The notes beneath the pieces were generated by a model that made no database searches, had not been told where the DNA came from, and saw only the letters and a program-made list of their open reading frames with translations. A stretch of 64,000 bases of DNA from Gemmatimonadales bacterium. GTDB taxonomy: Bacteria > Gemmatimonadota > Gemmatimonadetes > Gemmatimonadales > GWC2-71-9. The stretch lies in assembly GCA_037189525.1 (NCBI GenBank), contig JBBCJC010000005.1, positions 832,001 through 896,000 on the forward strand, given 5' to 3'. The translations under genes and the position numbers were made by a program. Positions 1 through 11,054 of this stretch are shown here, piece by piece (the stretch's first letter is position 1; each line of letters begins with the position of its first letter).

Positions 1-1
1 G

Positions 2-373
2 GCGGTCGCGACCTGGGCCAGCCGGCAGCCCGGCATCGCGGCAGTCCACTACCCCGGCCTCCCGGATCATCCCGATCATGTCGCCGCAGCGCGGCTGCTG
101 GACGGATTCGGCGGTGTGGTCGGTATCGCACTCGCGGGCGGAGCCGCGGCTGCCGAAACGGTGCTCCGCCGGCTGCGCATCTTTGCCCATGCGCCGAGCC
201 TTGGCGGTGTCGAAAGCCTGGTCTCGGAACCGCGGCTCACCTCACATGCCGGACTTTCGGCGGAGGAGCGGGCGGCTATCGGGATCCCGGATGGATTCCT
301 GCGCCTGAGTTGTGGCATCGAAGACGCCGACGATCTGATCGCCGATCTCCGACACGGGCTCGACGGACTATGA
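2..373 (+). CDS. Cys/Met metabolism PLP-dependent enzyme (cystathionine gamma-synthase/lyase family), C-terminal part, truncated by window edge
   Basis: Frame from base 2 reads ...VHYPGLPDHPDH...SLGGVESL...RLSCGIEDADDLIADL, the typical C-terminus of this family. Confidence 0.88.
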   Translation, partial: AVATWASRQPGIAAVHYPGLPDHPDHVAAARLLDGFGGVVGIALAGGAAAAETVLRRLRIFAHAPSLGGVESLVSEPRLTSHAGLSAEERAAIGIPDGFLRLSCGIEDADDLIADLRHGLDGL

Positions 374-1056
374 TCCGGTTCAATCACGTCTCGAAATCCT
401 ACCCGAATGGTGTGGTCGGACTGACCGACGTCACCTTCCACATTCCGAAGGGCCAGTTCGTCTTCCTGACGGGCCACTCCGGGGCGGGCAAGTCGTCCAT
501 TCTGTCGCTCATCTTTGCAGAGCAGCGGCCCACCGAAGGGGACGTCCGGGTTTCGGGATATCAGATTGCCAAGCTGACGAGCAAGGAAATTCCGCGACTC
601 CGCCGCCGTCTGGGTGTCGTGTTCCAGGACTTCCGCCTGCTCGAATATCGAACCATCGAAGAGAACGTCGCCTTTGCCCTCGAAGTTACCGGCGCTCGGC
701 GCGAAGGGATTCCCAACCGGGTCATGCGGGTGCTGACTCAGGTGGGACTGGCATCGAAGGCCCGCGCCTATCCGAAGGAACTCTCGGGCGGTGAGCAGCA
801 ACGGGTCGCGATTGCCCGCGCGCTGGTCAACGATCCGCACATCCTGATTGCCGACGAACCGACCGGAAACCTGGACGAGCGTGCCACGCGCGGCATCTTC
901 CAGTTGCTCCGGGAAATCAACGCGGGCGGAACGGTCGTCGTCATGGCGACCCACAACATGGACCTGGTGCACGACACCGGGTACCGCACCATCGAACTTC
1001 GCGGCGGCCGGATCGTCTATGACAGCGCCGTCGATGTTCCGGAGGGCACGCCGTGA
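370..1056 (+). CDS. ftsE: Cell division ABC ATPase FtsE
   Basis: MIRFNHVSKSY start (ATGA overlap with upstream stop), GHSGAGKS Walker A, VFQDFRLL, LSGGEQQR, ADEPTGNLD; followed by ftsX. Confidence 0.95.
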   Translation: MIRFNHVSKSYPNGVVGLTDVTFHIPKGQFVFLTGHSGAGKSSILSLIFAEQRPTEGDVRVSGYQIAKLTSKEIPRLRRRLGVVFQDFRLLEYRTIEENVAFALEVTGARREGIPNRVMRVLTQVGLASKARAYPKELSGGEQQRVAIARALVNDPHILIADEPTGNLDERATRGIFQLLREINAGGTVVVMATHNMDLVHDTGYRTIELRGGRIVYDSAVDVPEGTP

Positions 1057-1928
1057 AGCAGCGAACCCCGTTCCGGGAGGCCATGCTGACCTTCCGGCGC
1101 ACTCCCCTGCTCTCCGCGCTGTCGGTGGCGTCGATCGGCTTTTCGCTCTTTACGGTGGGCCTGTTTGCCCTGGTCGCGCTCAACTTTCGGAAAGCGCTCG
1201 ATACCTTGGCAGAACGGGTCGAAGTGGTGGCCTTCGTACTGCGGGGCACGCCGACCGAAGCCATCAGCCAGGCCACCCAGGACATCCAGGCCTTTCCCGA
1301 GGTTCTGTCGGTCAGTTACGTCACGTCCGATGAAGCGCTGAGCCGGGCACGGCGTGAGCTGGTCGAGTTTCGGGAGGCCTATCAGGAACTGGAAGTCAAT
1401 CCGCTGCCGCCGTCGTTCGAAATCCGGTTGCAGCCGACCTTCCGCGATGCCGCCCATGCGCAGGCCGTCGCCGAGCGGCTGCGCGGCTTTCCCTTCATCG
1501 AAGATGTCCGCTACGGCCGGGACTGGGTCGAGCGGCTCGACAAGATCCGTAACATTGCCGCGGCGGTTGGCCTGGTCATTGGGTTTGCTTTTGCGGCCGT
1601 GGCGGTCGTGATCATCGGCGTCACGATCCGAATCACGGTGCTCCAGCGCGCCAAAGAAATCGCCATCATGCGTCTGGTCGGCGCCACCAACGGCTATATC
1701 CGCGGTCCCTTCCTGATCGAAGGGGCCATCAAGGGCGTACTCGGCGGGGCCCTGGCGGTGGTCATGTCGTGGCTGATGTTCTCGGTCTTCCAGCGGACCA
1801 TCGGCGACACCGGCACGACCCTGGCCTTCTTCCGGGCTCCGGAGATCATCCTCATCCTGGTCTTCGGCACCACGATCGGCCTGGGCGGCAGCATCATGTC
1901 GGTCGGCCGACAGCTCAAGAATGTCTGA
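1053..1928 (+). CDS. ftsX: Cell division permease FtsX
   Basis: 4 TM segments, NPLPPSF, EIAIMRLVGAT..IRGPFLIEG motif; coupled to ftsE. Confidence 0.93.
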   Translation: MKQRTPFREAMLTFRRTPLLSALSVASIGFSLFTVGLFALVALNFRKALDTLAERVEVVAFVLRGTPTEAISQATQDIQAFPEVLSVSYVTSDEALSRARRELVEFREAYQELEVNPLPPSFEIRLQPTFRDAAHAQAVAERLRGFPFIEDVRYGRDWVERLDKIRNIAAAVGLVIGFAFAAVAVVIIGVTIRITVLQRAKEIAIMRLVGATNGYIRGPFLIEGAIKGVLGGALAVVMSWLMFSVFQRTIGDTGTTLAFFRAPEIILILVFGTTIGLGGSIMSVGRQLKNV

Positions 1929-3153
1929 CACCGGCGCGCTCCGGCGACGGCAGGGCGGCCTGATTGCGCTCCTGGCGATCGGCCTGTGCGCCGCGGCGCC
2001 CGTGTCAGCGCAGCAACCGACCGACCTGGAAAAGAGCCGGCAGCGCCTGGAGGAAATTCGGGCGGAGCGGGAGCGGCTGCGGCGCGATCAGGAACGGCTC
2101 CAGGGACAGGTGCGCGACGCCGGCCGCGAACTCGACAATCTCGAACGGCAGCGCGACGTCACCAACCGGATCGTCAACGAACTCGAGCGGCAGATCGGCG
2201 GGCTCGGTACCCAATTGGACGGGACGGCAACGCAGCTGGCCCTGGCGCAGGACAACCTGATCGATCGGCGGGCGGTGCTGGAACGGCGCTTGGTCGACAT
2301 CTACAAACGCGGCTCGCTCCACACCTTCCAGGTGCTGCTGGCAGCCGAATCGTTCTCCGACTTGCTCTCACGCTACAAGTACCTCTTCCTGACCAGCCGG
2401 CAGGATCGCGCGCTGGTGCGGGACGTCGAACGGCTCCGTAATCGGATCCAGGCGCAGCGCGGCGAGCTGGTCCTGGTCCAGGAGCAGCTCGACCGCCGCC
2501 GCGCCGACCGCGAGGCCGAAATGCGGAGCTACCGCTCGCTCGCGGATGAACGATCGGCCCAGATCCGGCGGCTCCGGCAGAGCACCCAGACGACGGCGCG
2601 CCGCCTCACGATCCTGGCCCGCGACGAGGAACAACTCAACGAGGTGCTGGCCGCGCTGGAGCGGAGCCGCGCGGCCGCCGGGCGGGCACCGGCCCGAGCC
2701 GCCGCACCGGGAGCCCGCCCATCGGCGCCGCGTACGACGGGCGTTTCGACGGCGGACTTAGGCCGGCTCGATTGGCCCGTATCGGGGCGAATCCTCCACA
2801 ACTTCGGTCCCGATACGCTTTCGAGCGGGGCCCGCATCACGCGACACGGCATTTCCATCTCCGCGCCTGCCGGAACTCCGGTCACGACCGTGTCACCCGG
2901 TCGCGTCGTGATGGTTCAGCGACTCGGCACCTATGGCCTCTCCGTGATTCTGGAGCATCCGAGCGGCTACTTCTCGCTCTATATGCAGCTGGCGTCGTCG
3001 GCCGTCAGTGTCGGTGACGAACTCGGTAAGGGGCAAACGGTCGGGACGGTCGGTGGAGAGAACACCGAATTCGGGCCTCACCTGTACTTCGAGATCCGCG
3101 GCGACAAGCAGATCGCGATGGACCCAACCGCCTGGCTCAGGCGACGGAACTAA
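1921..3153 (+). CDS. envC: EnvC-like murein hydrolase activator (coiled coil + M23 domain)
   Basis: Signal peptide, long coiled coil, WPVSG, HLYFEIR, DPTAWL; metal ligands degenerate as in EnvC; follows ftsEX. Confidence 0.85.
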   Translation: MSDTGALRRRQGGLIALLAIGLCAAAPVSAQQPTDLEKSRQRLEEIRAERERLRRDQERLQGQVRDAGRELDNLERQRDVTNRIVNELERQIGGLGTQLDGTATQLALAQDNLIDRRAVLERRLVDIYKRGSLHTFQVLLAAESFSDLLSRYKYLFLTSRQDRALVRDVERLRNRIQAQRGELVLVQEQLDRRRADREAEMRSYRSLADERSAQIRRLRQSTQTTARRLTILARDEEQLNEVLAALERSRAAAGRAPARAAAPGARPSAPRTTGVSTADLGRLDWPVSGRILHNFGPDTLSSGARITRHGISISAPAGTPVTTVSPGRVVMVQRLGTYGLSVILEHPSGYFSLYMQLASSAVSVGDELGKGQTVGTVGGENTEFGPHLYFEIRGDKQIAMDPTAWLRRRN

Positions 3154-3249
3154 GCTTTCCGCTGGTCGGAGCTACACGCGTACATAATCGGCTTGGATTT
3201 CTGCACACCTTGCGTGATGGAGTTGAGCTGAGCCTCCCGCCGGTCAATG

Positions 3250-4638
3250 CTACGCAGCATGTGTTGCCGCCGGTTTGCACTTCTGTTCGACCAGGCCGGC
3301 TTCGGCTGCAACGAAGAGATCTTCCGGCGTCAGGATTGTCGCCGAGGGGTAGCTGACCCAGCCGGCCGAAATCGAAAGATTGCTGCCAGCCGCGTCGAAG
3401 GCGTGCTTGGCAAGGGCGCCGCGGAGACGGGTCAGAGTATCCCGCGCACCGGTCTCGTCCGTTTCCGGCAGAATGAACGCAAACTCGTCCCCACCATAGC
3501 GCGCCACGAAATCGGGAGACCGCAGTTCCCGCTGGAACAGGTCGCCCAACTCCCGCAGAATCACGTCACCAGCTTCGATGCCATACTGCTGATTGATGAA
3601 CCGGAGACCGTCGACGTCGACCAGCAGCAACGAGAACCGCCGGCCATAGCGGTCGGACCGCTGCATTTCGTCCCGTACCCGGCGATCCAGCGCATCCAGA
3701 CCGCCGCATCCGGTCAGCGGATCGACTACGCCCGCGCTTGCCTGCCGCCGGTAGACGGTCGCTCGGCGATCCTCCTGTTCGAGCAGCCGCGCGGTCGAGG
3801 CGACCAGCGCTTCGACGAAGGCCACGTCATCGATCCGCAGGTTCGGCTGCGGCAATGCCGTCCGAACCAACAGGACGCCGACGGTGCGCCCTTGAAAGGA
3901 AATCGGCACCGCCACGGCGCTGGTCGGTACCTGCGACATCCTGACGGGAACCGACGACTCGCCAAAGAGCGGATGCTGCGCGACGTTCGGGACGAACGCC
4001 GTGCGTCCGGTGCGCATCGCGTGCCTCACCTCCGGATACTCGGCCAGATCGATTTCGAGGTTGCGGACCTCGGGACGTTCGGCCACCGAAATGAGCCGTC
4101 CGCGGTCGGCGTCGATCGTGAAAATGCAGGCGCAGTGCGCGGCACCGAGGGACGCGGCGATACCGCGCACCAGAAGCTGCAGCATTTCCTCCGGACGGGC
4201 GGCCATCGCCACGTCCTGAAAGACGGCGAAGAGCTGGGCCTGCCCGTTGGCCGACCCCATCGACCGGAACCCGTCGCGTACCCCGCGGAGGCGCGCCACC
4301 ACCCGGGCCACCAGCTCGGGCAGATGGATCGGCCCGACCATCACGTCCAGCGCACCCAGCGAGAGGACCCGTTCGACCAGGTCGGCGGCGCCTTCGGGCA
4401 GCAGTACGATGGTCGGGACGTTACGCCAGGCCTCGTGGGTGATCGGCATCAGCTGATTGGTCAGTTCGTCGCCGACCCGACCGAGCGAAAGGATCACCAG
4501 ATCCGGTGAGCCGGCGTTGCCCGGAGCGTCGGGAAGGCGTCCGGCTTCGCCCAGACCAAAGCCCGCGCTGATCAACGACCGCTCGAGCCCGTCGGGACGG
4601 GCATCTGCATCACCGAGTAAGAGAACGCGAGTATGCAC
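3250..4638 (-). CDS. Diguanylate cyclase with receiver-like, GAF and GGDEF domains
   Basis: DPLTG, DVDGLRFINQQYG, RSPD...ARYGGDEF; probable GTG start at 4638. Confidence 0.9.
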   Translation of the reverse strand: MHTRVLLLGDADARPDGLERSLISAGFGLGEAGRLPDAPGNAGSPDLVILSLGRVGDELTNQLMPITHEAWRNVPTIVLLPEGAADLVERVLSLGALDVMVGPIHLPELVARVVARLRGVRDGFRSMGSANGQAQLFAVFQDVAMAARPEEMLQLLVRGIAASLGAAHCACIFTIDADRGRLISVAERPEVRNLEIDLAEYPEVRHAMRTGRTAFVPNVAQHPLFGESSVPVRMSQVPTSAVAVPISFQGRTVGVLLVRTALPQPNLRIDDVAFVEALVASTARLLEQEDRRATVYRRQASAGVVDPLTGCGGLDALDRRVRDEMQRSDRYGRRFSLLLVDVDGLRFINQQYGIEAGDVILRELGDLFQRELRSPDFVARYGGDEFAFILPETDETGARDTLTRLRGALAKHAFDAAGSNLSISAGWVSYPSATILTPEDLFVAAEAGLVEQKCKPAATHAA

Positions 4639-5046
4639 GCTGAGTTTCTGGAATCCGGGCGAGTGAGGTCCGACGCTGCTTCGCCGATCCGAGTGACCGG
4701 CAATGACTCGGATTCGCACGATCTGTACCGATCGCGGCCAGCCGGACCACACTGACGCAAGCCGTTCTACTACAAGGAGATAGCGTACTATGACGCAAAG
4801 AATTGCGGTCGCGGACAACCGTTGGATTGTCGCACCGAAGCCACTACGACACCCCGGGGTGCCCTTCGGGACGGACCGGCCCCAACCAAATCGCTTCCAG
4901 ACCGGGACAGGTGTCTCCTGCGGCATAGTCCTTGTCTGGTAGGACCATATGGTCGATCTTTGAGAACTAGTCGCTAACTTCGCACGTTTCAGTTTGCTAC
5001 ACTATTAACGACGGGCGTGGTCCACGTCCCTTTTCATTAAAGGCCT

Positions 5047-6624
5047 ATGAGCACTCCCCCGAATCTGTCGGCCCACGGCATCACCACCAAAACCGTTTGG
5101 GCCAATCTGACGAACCCCGCGCTGAACGAACATGCAGCCCGACGGAACGAAGGCAGTTTCACCGATCACGGCGCCTTTGCCGTCAACACGACCCCGCACA
5201 CGGGGCGCTCTCCCAAAGACAAATTCGTCGTCGATGAACCGGGCTCGACCGGTCGGATCTGGTGGGAAAAGAACGAGCGGATCTCCGAGGCGCACTTCGA
5301 ACGGTTGCTCACCGATGTCCAACAGTATCTGAATGGTTTGCCGGAGCTGTTCGTGCAGGACCTCTACGGCGGCGCCGATCCTGCGTACCGCCTGCCGGTT
5401 CGCTTCCTGACGCCTAATGCCTGGCAAGCGATGTTTGTCCGCAACATGTTCATCCGGCCCGACGCGGCCGATCTCCCCGGGTTCACGCCATCATTCACCG
5501 TCTACCATGCGCCGGAATTCCAGGCGGACCCGGCGACGCACGGAACCCGGACCGGCACCTTCATCGTCCTCAACTTCGCCAAGCGGGTCATTCTGATCGG
5601 CGGAACCCGCTACGCGGGCGAGATGAAGAAGTCGATCTTTACCGTCCTCAATTACCTGTTGCCGACCCAGGGCGTCCTCTCGATGCACTGCTCGGCCAAC
5701 ATCGGGAGCGCCGGCGACACCGCCATTTTCTTCGGGCTCTCGGGCACCGGTAAGACGACGTTGTCGGCCGATCCGAATCGCAAGCTGATCGGCGACGACG
5801 AGCACGGCTGGAGCGACCGCGGCACCTTCAACTTCGAAGGCGGTTGCTACGCCAAAGTGATTCGGCTCTCCGCGGGTGGCGAGCCGGAGATTTATGCCGC
5901 GAGCCATCGGTTCGGCACCGTGCTCGAGAACGTGGTGATCGATCCGGTGACGCGAAAGGTCGACTTCGACAGCCAGGCCATCACCGAGAATACCCGCTCC
6001 AGCTACCCGATCCATTTCATTCCGAACTTCGAGCCGAGCGGGGTGGGCGGGCACCCGAAGAACATCGTGTTCCTGACGGCCGATGCGTTCGGCGTGATGC
6101 CTCCCATCGCGCGGCTCACGCCGGAACAGGCGATGTACCACTTCCTCTCCGGCTATACGGCCAAGGTGGCCGGCACGGAGCGGGGGGTGACGGAGCCGAC
6201 CGCCACATTCTCGTCATGTTTCGGCGCTCCGTTCCTGCCGCTCCACCCGGGCGAATACGCCAAGATGCTGGGCGAACGCATCGCCAAGCATGCCGCCAAC
6301 GTCTGGCTGGTCAACACGGGATGGACCGGCGGCGCCTACGGCGTCGGGTCGCGCATGAAGCTGGCGAATACCCGCGCCATGGTGACGGCGGCGCTGTCCG
6401 GCGCCCTCGATACGGTCTCGTACCGCAAGGACCCGGTCTTCGGATTCGAGGTGCCGACGTCCGTGCCGGGCGTGACCGACAAGGTACTCGACCCGCGCGC
6501 CACCTGGGCCGATGCGGCCGCCTACGATGCGCAGGCGAGCAAGCTGGCCACCATGTTCAAGGACAACTTCAAGGGGTTTGCCGGCCAGGTGCCGGAGGCC
6601 GTGACCAAGGCCGGCCCCGCCTAA
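5047..6624 (+). CDS. pckA: Phosphoenolpyruvate carboxykinase (ATP)
   Basis: [50 protein letters not shown]. Confidence 0.98.
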   Translation: MSTPPNLSAHGITTKTVWANLTNPALNEHAARRNEGSFTDHGAFAVNTTPHTGRSPKDKFVVDEPGSTGRIWWEKNERISEAHFERLLTDVQQYLNGLPELFVQDLYGGADPAYRLPVRFLTPNAWQAMFVRNMFIRPDAADLPGFTPSFTVYHAPEFQADPATHGTRTGTFIVLNFAKRVILIGGTRYAGEMKKSIFTVLNYLLPTQGVLSMHCSANIGSAGDTAIFFGLSGTGKTTLSADPNRKLIGDDEHGWSDRGTFNFEGGCYAKVIRLSAGGEPEIYAASHRFGTVLENVVIDPVTRKVDFDSQAITENTRSSYPIHFIPNFEPSGVGGHPKNIVFLTADAFGVMPPIARLTPEQAMYHFLSGYTAKVAGTERGVTEPTATFSSCFGAPFLPLHPGEYAKMLGERIAKHAANVWLVNTGWTGGAYGVGSRMKLANTRAMVTAALSGALDTVSYRKDPVFGFEVPTSVPGVTDKVLDPRATWADAAAYDAQASKLATMFKDNFKGFAGQVPEAVTKAGPA

Positions 6625-6676
6625 CGACGACGGATCGACGGGAGGCACGGCGCCGCCGGGCCTCCCCTTCCCTCTC

Positions 6677-7945
6677 ATGCCCGAAATCATCCGCGATCCC
6701 CTCTGGGACAACATCGAACTCGACGCGACCATGATGGCGGTGGTCGACACGGCGCCAATGCAGCGGCTCCGCTACATTCGCCAGTTGGGGCACGCCTTTC
6801 TCGTCTATCCCGGCGCCACCCACACCCGCTTCGAGCACGCGCTTGGCGCGTATCATCTGACCGGCCGCGCCCTGGCCATTCTGGGCCGGCGGGGCGAGCT
6901 GGAAGGAATTCCCGCTTCAGCGCAGCAAGCAGTGCTACTGGCCGCGCTACTCCATGACATCGGGCACTATCCCTTTTCTCATGGGCTCGAAGAGGCCGGC
7001 TTTGCGCACCATGAGGAACTCGGTGTCGCGCGCCTCCGGACCGGCGAGCTGCGGACGGTGCTCGACGGATTGGGCGGACCGGAACTGATCTCGGAGGTTG
7101 GCGCGCTGATCCAGGGGCGCAGCCAGAACCCGTTGCAAGGTCTGATTTCGGGCTCGCTCGATCTCGACAAGGTCGACTACCTGAGTCGCGATGCGCGCGG
7201 CTGCGGGGTGTCCTACGGCAATTTGGACGTCGACCGGATGCTGGCGACGCTGACCCTGGTGCGCAACGAAGACGGGTTGCTCGAGGTCGGGATTCTCGAC
7301 AAGGGCATCAGCGCGCTCGAAACGATGCTGTTCGGCAAGTATCAGATGTACCGCAACGTGTACTGGCACCATGCGGTCCGATCGGCCACCTGCATGTTCA
7401 AGCGGGCGGTGCGATCGGCCGTGGCGGCCGGACGGATCATGCCGGTGCAACTGGCCGACGCTACCGATGGGGCGCTGATGGAACGGCTACTGGCGTCGGA
7501 GCCGACGGGGCTCGCCCGCGCGGTGCATGAGCGGCGGCTCTACAAGCGCGCGCTCGACGTGCCAGCCAGCGAAGTCCCCACCGGCGGCGGCGACTGGGTG
7601 GAAAGCAACCCCGACTTGCTGGAACAAGTCGAGGACGCCCTGGCGCGGGAGCTTGGCCTCGAGCCGAGCGAACTGTTGCTCGACTACCCGGCCCGCAGCA
7701 ACATGCTGGCCGTCGACCTGCTGCTCAAGACCCGCGAGGGGCAATCGGAGCGGCTCACCGGCGCGGGACGCGCTGGACAGCTTGGTTTGCCGCGCATCGC
7801 GGCGGAGCTCTATCAGAGCGCCCGGCGGCTCCGCGTCTTCACGGCCCGTCCGCTCGGCCGAAACCTCGACCGCGTGGTCGATGTCATCGCGCTCTCTGCA
7901 GAGGACATCAACCGCCGTCTCCGGGCGGGGGCAGTACTGTCGTAG
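6677..7945 (+). CDS. HD-domain phosphohydrolase (dNTP triphosphohydrolase-like)
   Basis: IRDPLW, QRLRYIRQLG, HTRFEHALG, LLHDIGH, DKVDYL, VYWHH. Confidence 0.92.
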   Translation: MPEIIRDPLWDNIELDATMMAVVDTAPMQRLRYIRQLGHAFLVYPGATHTRFEHALGAYHLTGRALAILGRRGELEGIPASAQQAVLLAALLHDIGHYPFSHGLEEAGFAHHEELGVARLRTGELRTVLDGLGGPELISEVGALIQGRSQNPLQGLISGSLDLDKVDYLSRDARGCGVSYGNLDVDRMLATLTLVRNEDGLLEVGILDKGISALETMLFGKYQMYRNVYWHHAVRSATCMFKRAVRSAVAAGRIMPVQLADATDGALMERLLASEPTGLARAVHERRLYKRALDVPASEVPTGGGDWVESNPDLLEQVEDALARELGLEPSELLLDYPARSNMLAVDLLLKTREGQSERLTGAGRAGQLGLPRIAAELYQSARRLRVFTARPLGRNLDRVVDVIALSAEDINRRLRAGAVLS

Positions 7946-7999
7946 CCTTCGGTGCGTGGGCACGAGGGATCGCCGCCCTCACCGATCGATACCTCGTGG

Positions 8000-9691
8000 T
8001 CACTGTACCCGAACGACCGTCGGATGCACCCGAGACCGCCCCCCCTCCACCTCCCATTGCTGCGCAGCTCGCCCGCCGCCGGAGACGGCGACCCGAACGG
8101 CTGCCGAGCGATCGACGCCGCAGACATAAAAGGCGCCGGGCGAGGTGAGAGCGGGAATCTCCACAGTCGCCTCGTTGGCGCGAAACTGCAATTTGGAGTG
8201 AAGGCGCGCCCCGCCGAATGCTCGCGCCGGACGGGGCAGCGCCGTCCCGGCAAACGTGATGCTCACGCGCAGGTGCTCCATCGGCCTGCCCGAGACGCTA
8301 TCGACGACCATCAGGCTCAGCAGCCCGCGATCGGCGTTCGCGCCACCGGGTGAACATACGGCATCGTGGAAGGAGGATTCCGAGGGAACGGCAATGTCAC
8401 GCCGCGCCTCGACCGAGCGAGCCATTCGGACCGTATCTCGCCACGGCGCATACCCGACGATCGCAAGCCACGGATGGTGGGCCGTGAGGGTGTACTCCCC
8501 TTCCCCCGGGGTCTCGATCCGATACCGGCCCTGGTCGTCGGTCGTATCCGCCGTCCGCTCTCCCAACGCCACCACCGCGCCGACGAGTGGACGTCCTGCC
8601 AGCGAATCGAACACGACGCCTGTCACGACCGCGCGATCCCGCTCCGTCGCCGAGCCCGCGAGCCTCGCTTCTCCCCCGATATGCCGGTACCCGATCACGG
8701 CCGTCCGATAGCGGCTTTGGCTGGTCCGAGGAATGCGCAGGTTCCATTCGCTTACGATCCACGCCCCCGTCGGTAGCCGGGCAAACTCAACCCGGCCGCC
8801 CAGCCGTCCCAGGACCTCTCGGGAACCCCTCAAGAAGCGGGGCAGGTTGACGAACGTGAAGTCGATGGAACGCAGCTCGAGCGAACGCTCGTTCATCCAG
8901 AGAGTACCGGCGACCTCCGGCACCTTTCGGCCGCCGTGCGGTTCAAAGGTGAGCCCGACGCTGTCACCCCTGGGCACAACCGCACGGAAACAGTGATCCC
9001 TCAGGAACTCATCCGACAATAGCAGGTCCGCATCGGGGCCATAGTAGTCGGTTTGGCGCCCGATCTGCTGGACCCAGCCAAAGCGGCTCAGATCCGCAGG
9101 TTCTGCCGCAGCAAACGGACGCTCGTTCAGACTGAGCCGGGAAGGCGAGAGCTGTTCTCGTCCGATTTCCCCGGTCAGCGATAGCAGGCGTTCATAGGTC
9201 TGAACTTCGAGATGCACCGGGATCTCGGTCCGAACGATCACCGTGCCGAAGAGTGCCTTACGGGCTTCCTCCCAGAGCCGTGCCGTAAGCTCCGCACCGC
9301 GCGCGTCCAGATCGCAGACCACAGGTTGGCTCGCCGCCACAACCACCTCACTCATCTGGAGCGGTGCCTCGTGGAGCCGAAACACGAGTTCATGCACCTG
9401 GCCTTTTGCCAGATCGATGACCCCCGAGTTCTCGCCGCGATAGCCTATCCCGTCCGCGCGGACGACGAACCGTCCCGGAGACGGAGCGCGCAACGTCGCT
9501 CTGCCCCGCGCATCGGCCAGAACCCTGAGAAGCGCTGTCCCCTCGGTATCTCGCAACGTGACCAGGGCGCCGGGCACCGGAGCATCCGACTCGGCTCGAT
9601 GCACCCGAACCGAGACGACCTGTGCCAGCATCACAGCTGGTGCGCCTGCGAGCAGAGTCAGGAACGCAGTCACCCACGCCGTTCGCCGCAT
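8000..9691 (-). CDS. Secreted carboxypeptidase-regulatory-like domain protein
   Basis: Signal peptide MRRTAWVTAFL, two beta-sandwich repeats (PVPGALVTL, TDDQGRYRI), PDADLLLSDEFLRDHCF motif. Confidence 0.7.
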   Translation of the reverse strand: MRRTAWVTAFLTLLAGAPAVMLAQVVSVRVHRAESDAPVPGALVTLRDTEGTALLRVLADARGRATLRAPSPGRFVVRADGIGYRGENSGVIDLAKGQVHELVFRLHEAPLQMSEVVVAASQPVVCDLDARGAELTARLWEEARKALFGTVIVRTEIPVHLEVQTYERLLSLTGEIGREQLSPSRLSLNERPFAAAEPADLSRFGWVQQIGRQTDYYGPDADLLLSDEFLRDHCFRAVVPRGDSVGLTFEPHGGRKVPEVAGTLWMNERSLELRSIDFTFVNLPRFLRGSREVLGRLGGRVEFARLPTGAWIVSEWNLRIPRTSQSRYRTAVIGYRHIGGEARLAGSATERDRAVVTGVVFDSLAGRPLVGAVVALGERTADTTDDQGRYRIETPGEGEYTLTAHHPWLAIVGYAPWRDTVRMARSVEARRDIAVPSESSFHDAVCSPGGANADRGLLSLMVVDSVSGRPMEHLRVSITFAGTALPRPARAFGGARLHSKLQFRANEATVEIPALTSPGAFYVCGVDRSAAVRVAVSGGGRAAQQWEVEGGRSRVHPTVVRVQ

Positions 9692-10017
9692 CTCTCTCCC
9701 CTTCCCTTCCTGATTCGGTCTCCTCGACAAATTGGAGGCTGGTTCCGAACGACACCAGTACCCGGGGCGAGGGCCGTCGCATACCTGCTTGTCAGGGCAC
9801 AAACGGGAACGTAACCTAGGAACGCCGACTCGGTGGTCCACCCATAGGCCCCTTTCGACGGGCTCGATGGGCCGAGGGGCTGTATCCTCAGCGCGCTGAG
9901 CGGCGTACATTCCTCTTCGGGTGTCCGAAGCCCGGCGAGCCGCGATGTCCGATTCCGGCGAGGAGGCACGCCGGTATTCGCCCGGAACGACCTTCCCGTG
10001 AACGATCGAGGTGTGTC

Positions 10018-10770
10018 GTGCGACCCATGCTTCGTCTGCTCTTCGTGATCGTATCGATCATCTTGATTCCCGGCGTGGTGGCCGCGCAGGGCGTCGTCAG
10101 CGGTCGGATCCGTGCGGACGAGCCCCGTGTTCCGCTGGCAGGCGCCGAAGTATTCATCAGCGCGCTCTCGCTCCGGTCGGTCGCAGACGGGAACGGCCGA
10201 TACCGCCTGGTCGGCATCCCGCCAGGTCTGCATGAACTCGAAGTTCGCTTGATCGGGTATGCGCCTGCCCGCCTGACGCTGGAAACGGAAGCCGGCGATT
10301 CGCTGGATCTGGACGTGGTCCTGCTGCCGGCTCCATTCGAGCTCCCGACACTCACCGCGGAGGTGGCGCGAGTCCGGTCTGCCAGGCTGGCGGCGTTCGA
10401 CCACCGCCGGCGGATGGGGTTCGGGCGGTTCATCACCGAAGACGACCTCAAAGCCCGGGAGGGGAGCAGTCTCGCCGATATCCTGCGGATGCGGGCCGTG
10501 AACGTGGCCGTCGGCGTCGATCCGGACAACCCGTTCCGCGCGCTACCGGTGGCCCGGGCTTCGCCCGACATCCGGCGGAAAACCAACACCTGCTTTATGC
10601 ATGTGCTGGTCGATGGGGTGGAGGTACCCGTCGAAAACATCGACCTCAACACCACTGCCATCCAGCACTACGCGGCTATCGAGATCTATCAGCGGCCCAC
10701 GGCGATCCCGATCGAATACACGGCGACCGGCTTCAGCTGCGGCGCCATCTTCCTCTGGACCAAGACGTGA
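10018..10770 (+). CDS. Secreted protein with carboxypeptidase-regulatory-like and TonB plug-like domains
   Basis: Signal peptide, PLAGAEV, ADGNGRYRL, VRLIGY; C-terminal C..VLVDG...AIEIY...CGAIFLWT. Confidence 0.75.
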   Translation: MRPMLRLLFVIVSIILIPGVVAAQGVVSGRIRADEPRVPLAGAEVFISALSLRSVADGNGRYRLVGIPPGLHELEVRLIGYAPARLTLETEAGDSLDLDVVLLPAPFELPTLTAEVARVRSARLAAFDHRRRMGFGRFITEDDLKAREGSSLADILRMRAVNVAVGVDPDNPFRALPVARASPDIRRKTNTCFMHVLVDGVEVPVENIDLNTTAIQHYAAIEIYQRPTAIPIEYTATGFSCGAIFLWTKT

Positions 10771-11054
10771 CGGGCCCGTGATCTCCACAGCTGACTCCAG
10801 CGGCGGGCCCGTATAGACGAGCATGTCGAATCATGTCTCCAGGGCGCGATGGTCCACCGCACCTTGCGGTAAGCCGACGCAGGCGCCCGACGTCCGACTC
10901 GTGAACGACGGGACCTGGTTGTTCGGATCGTAAGTGTAGCGATCGGCCGAGCCGGCTCGCACCGCAGCATCGGTAGGGAGTCGATCCGATGCCGCGGGCG
11001 ATCATACCGTTGACAAATGCGACCGGCGACGGGAGGCGCCGCTGGTCCGTGGCG

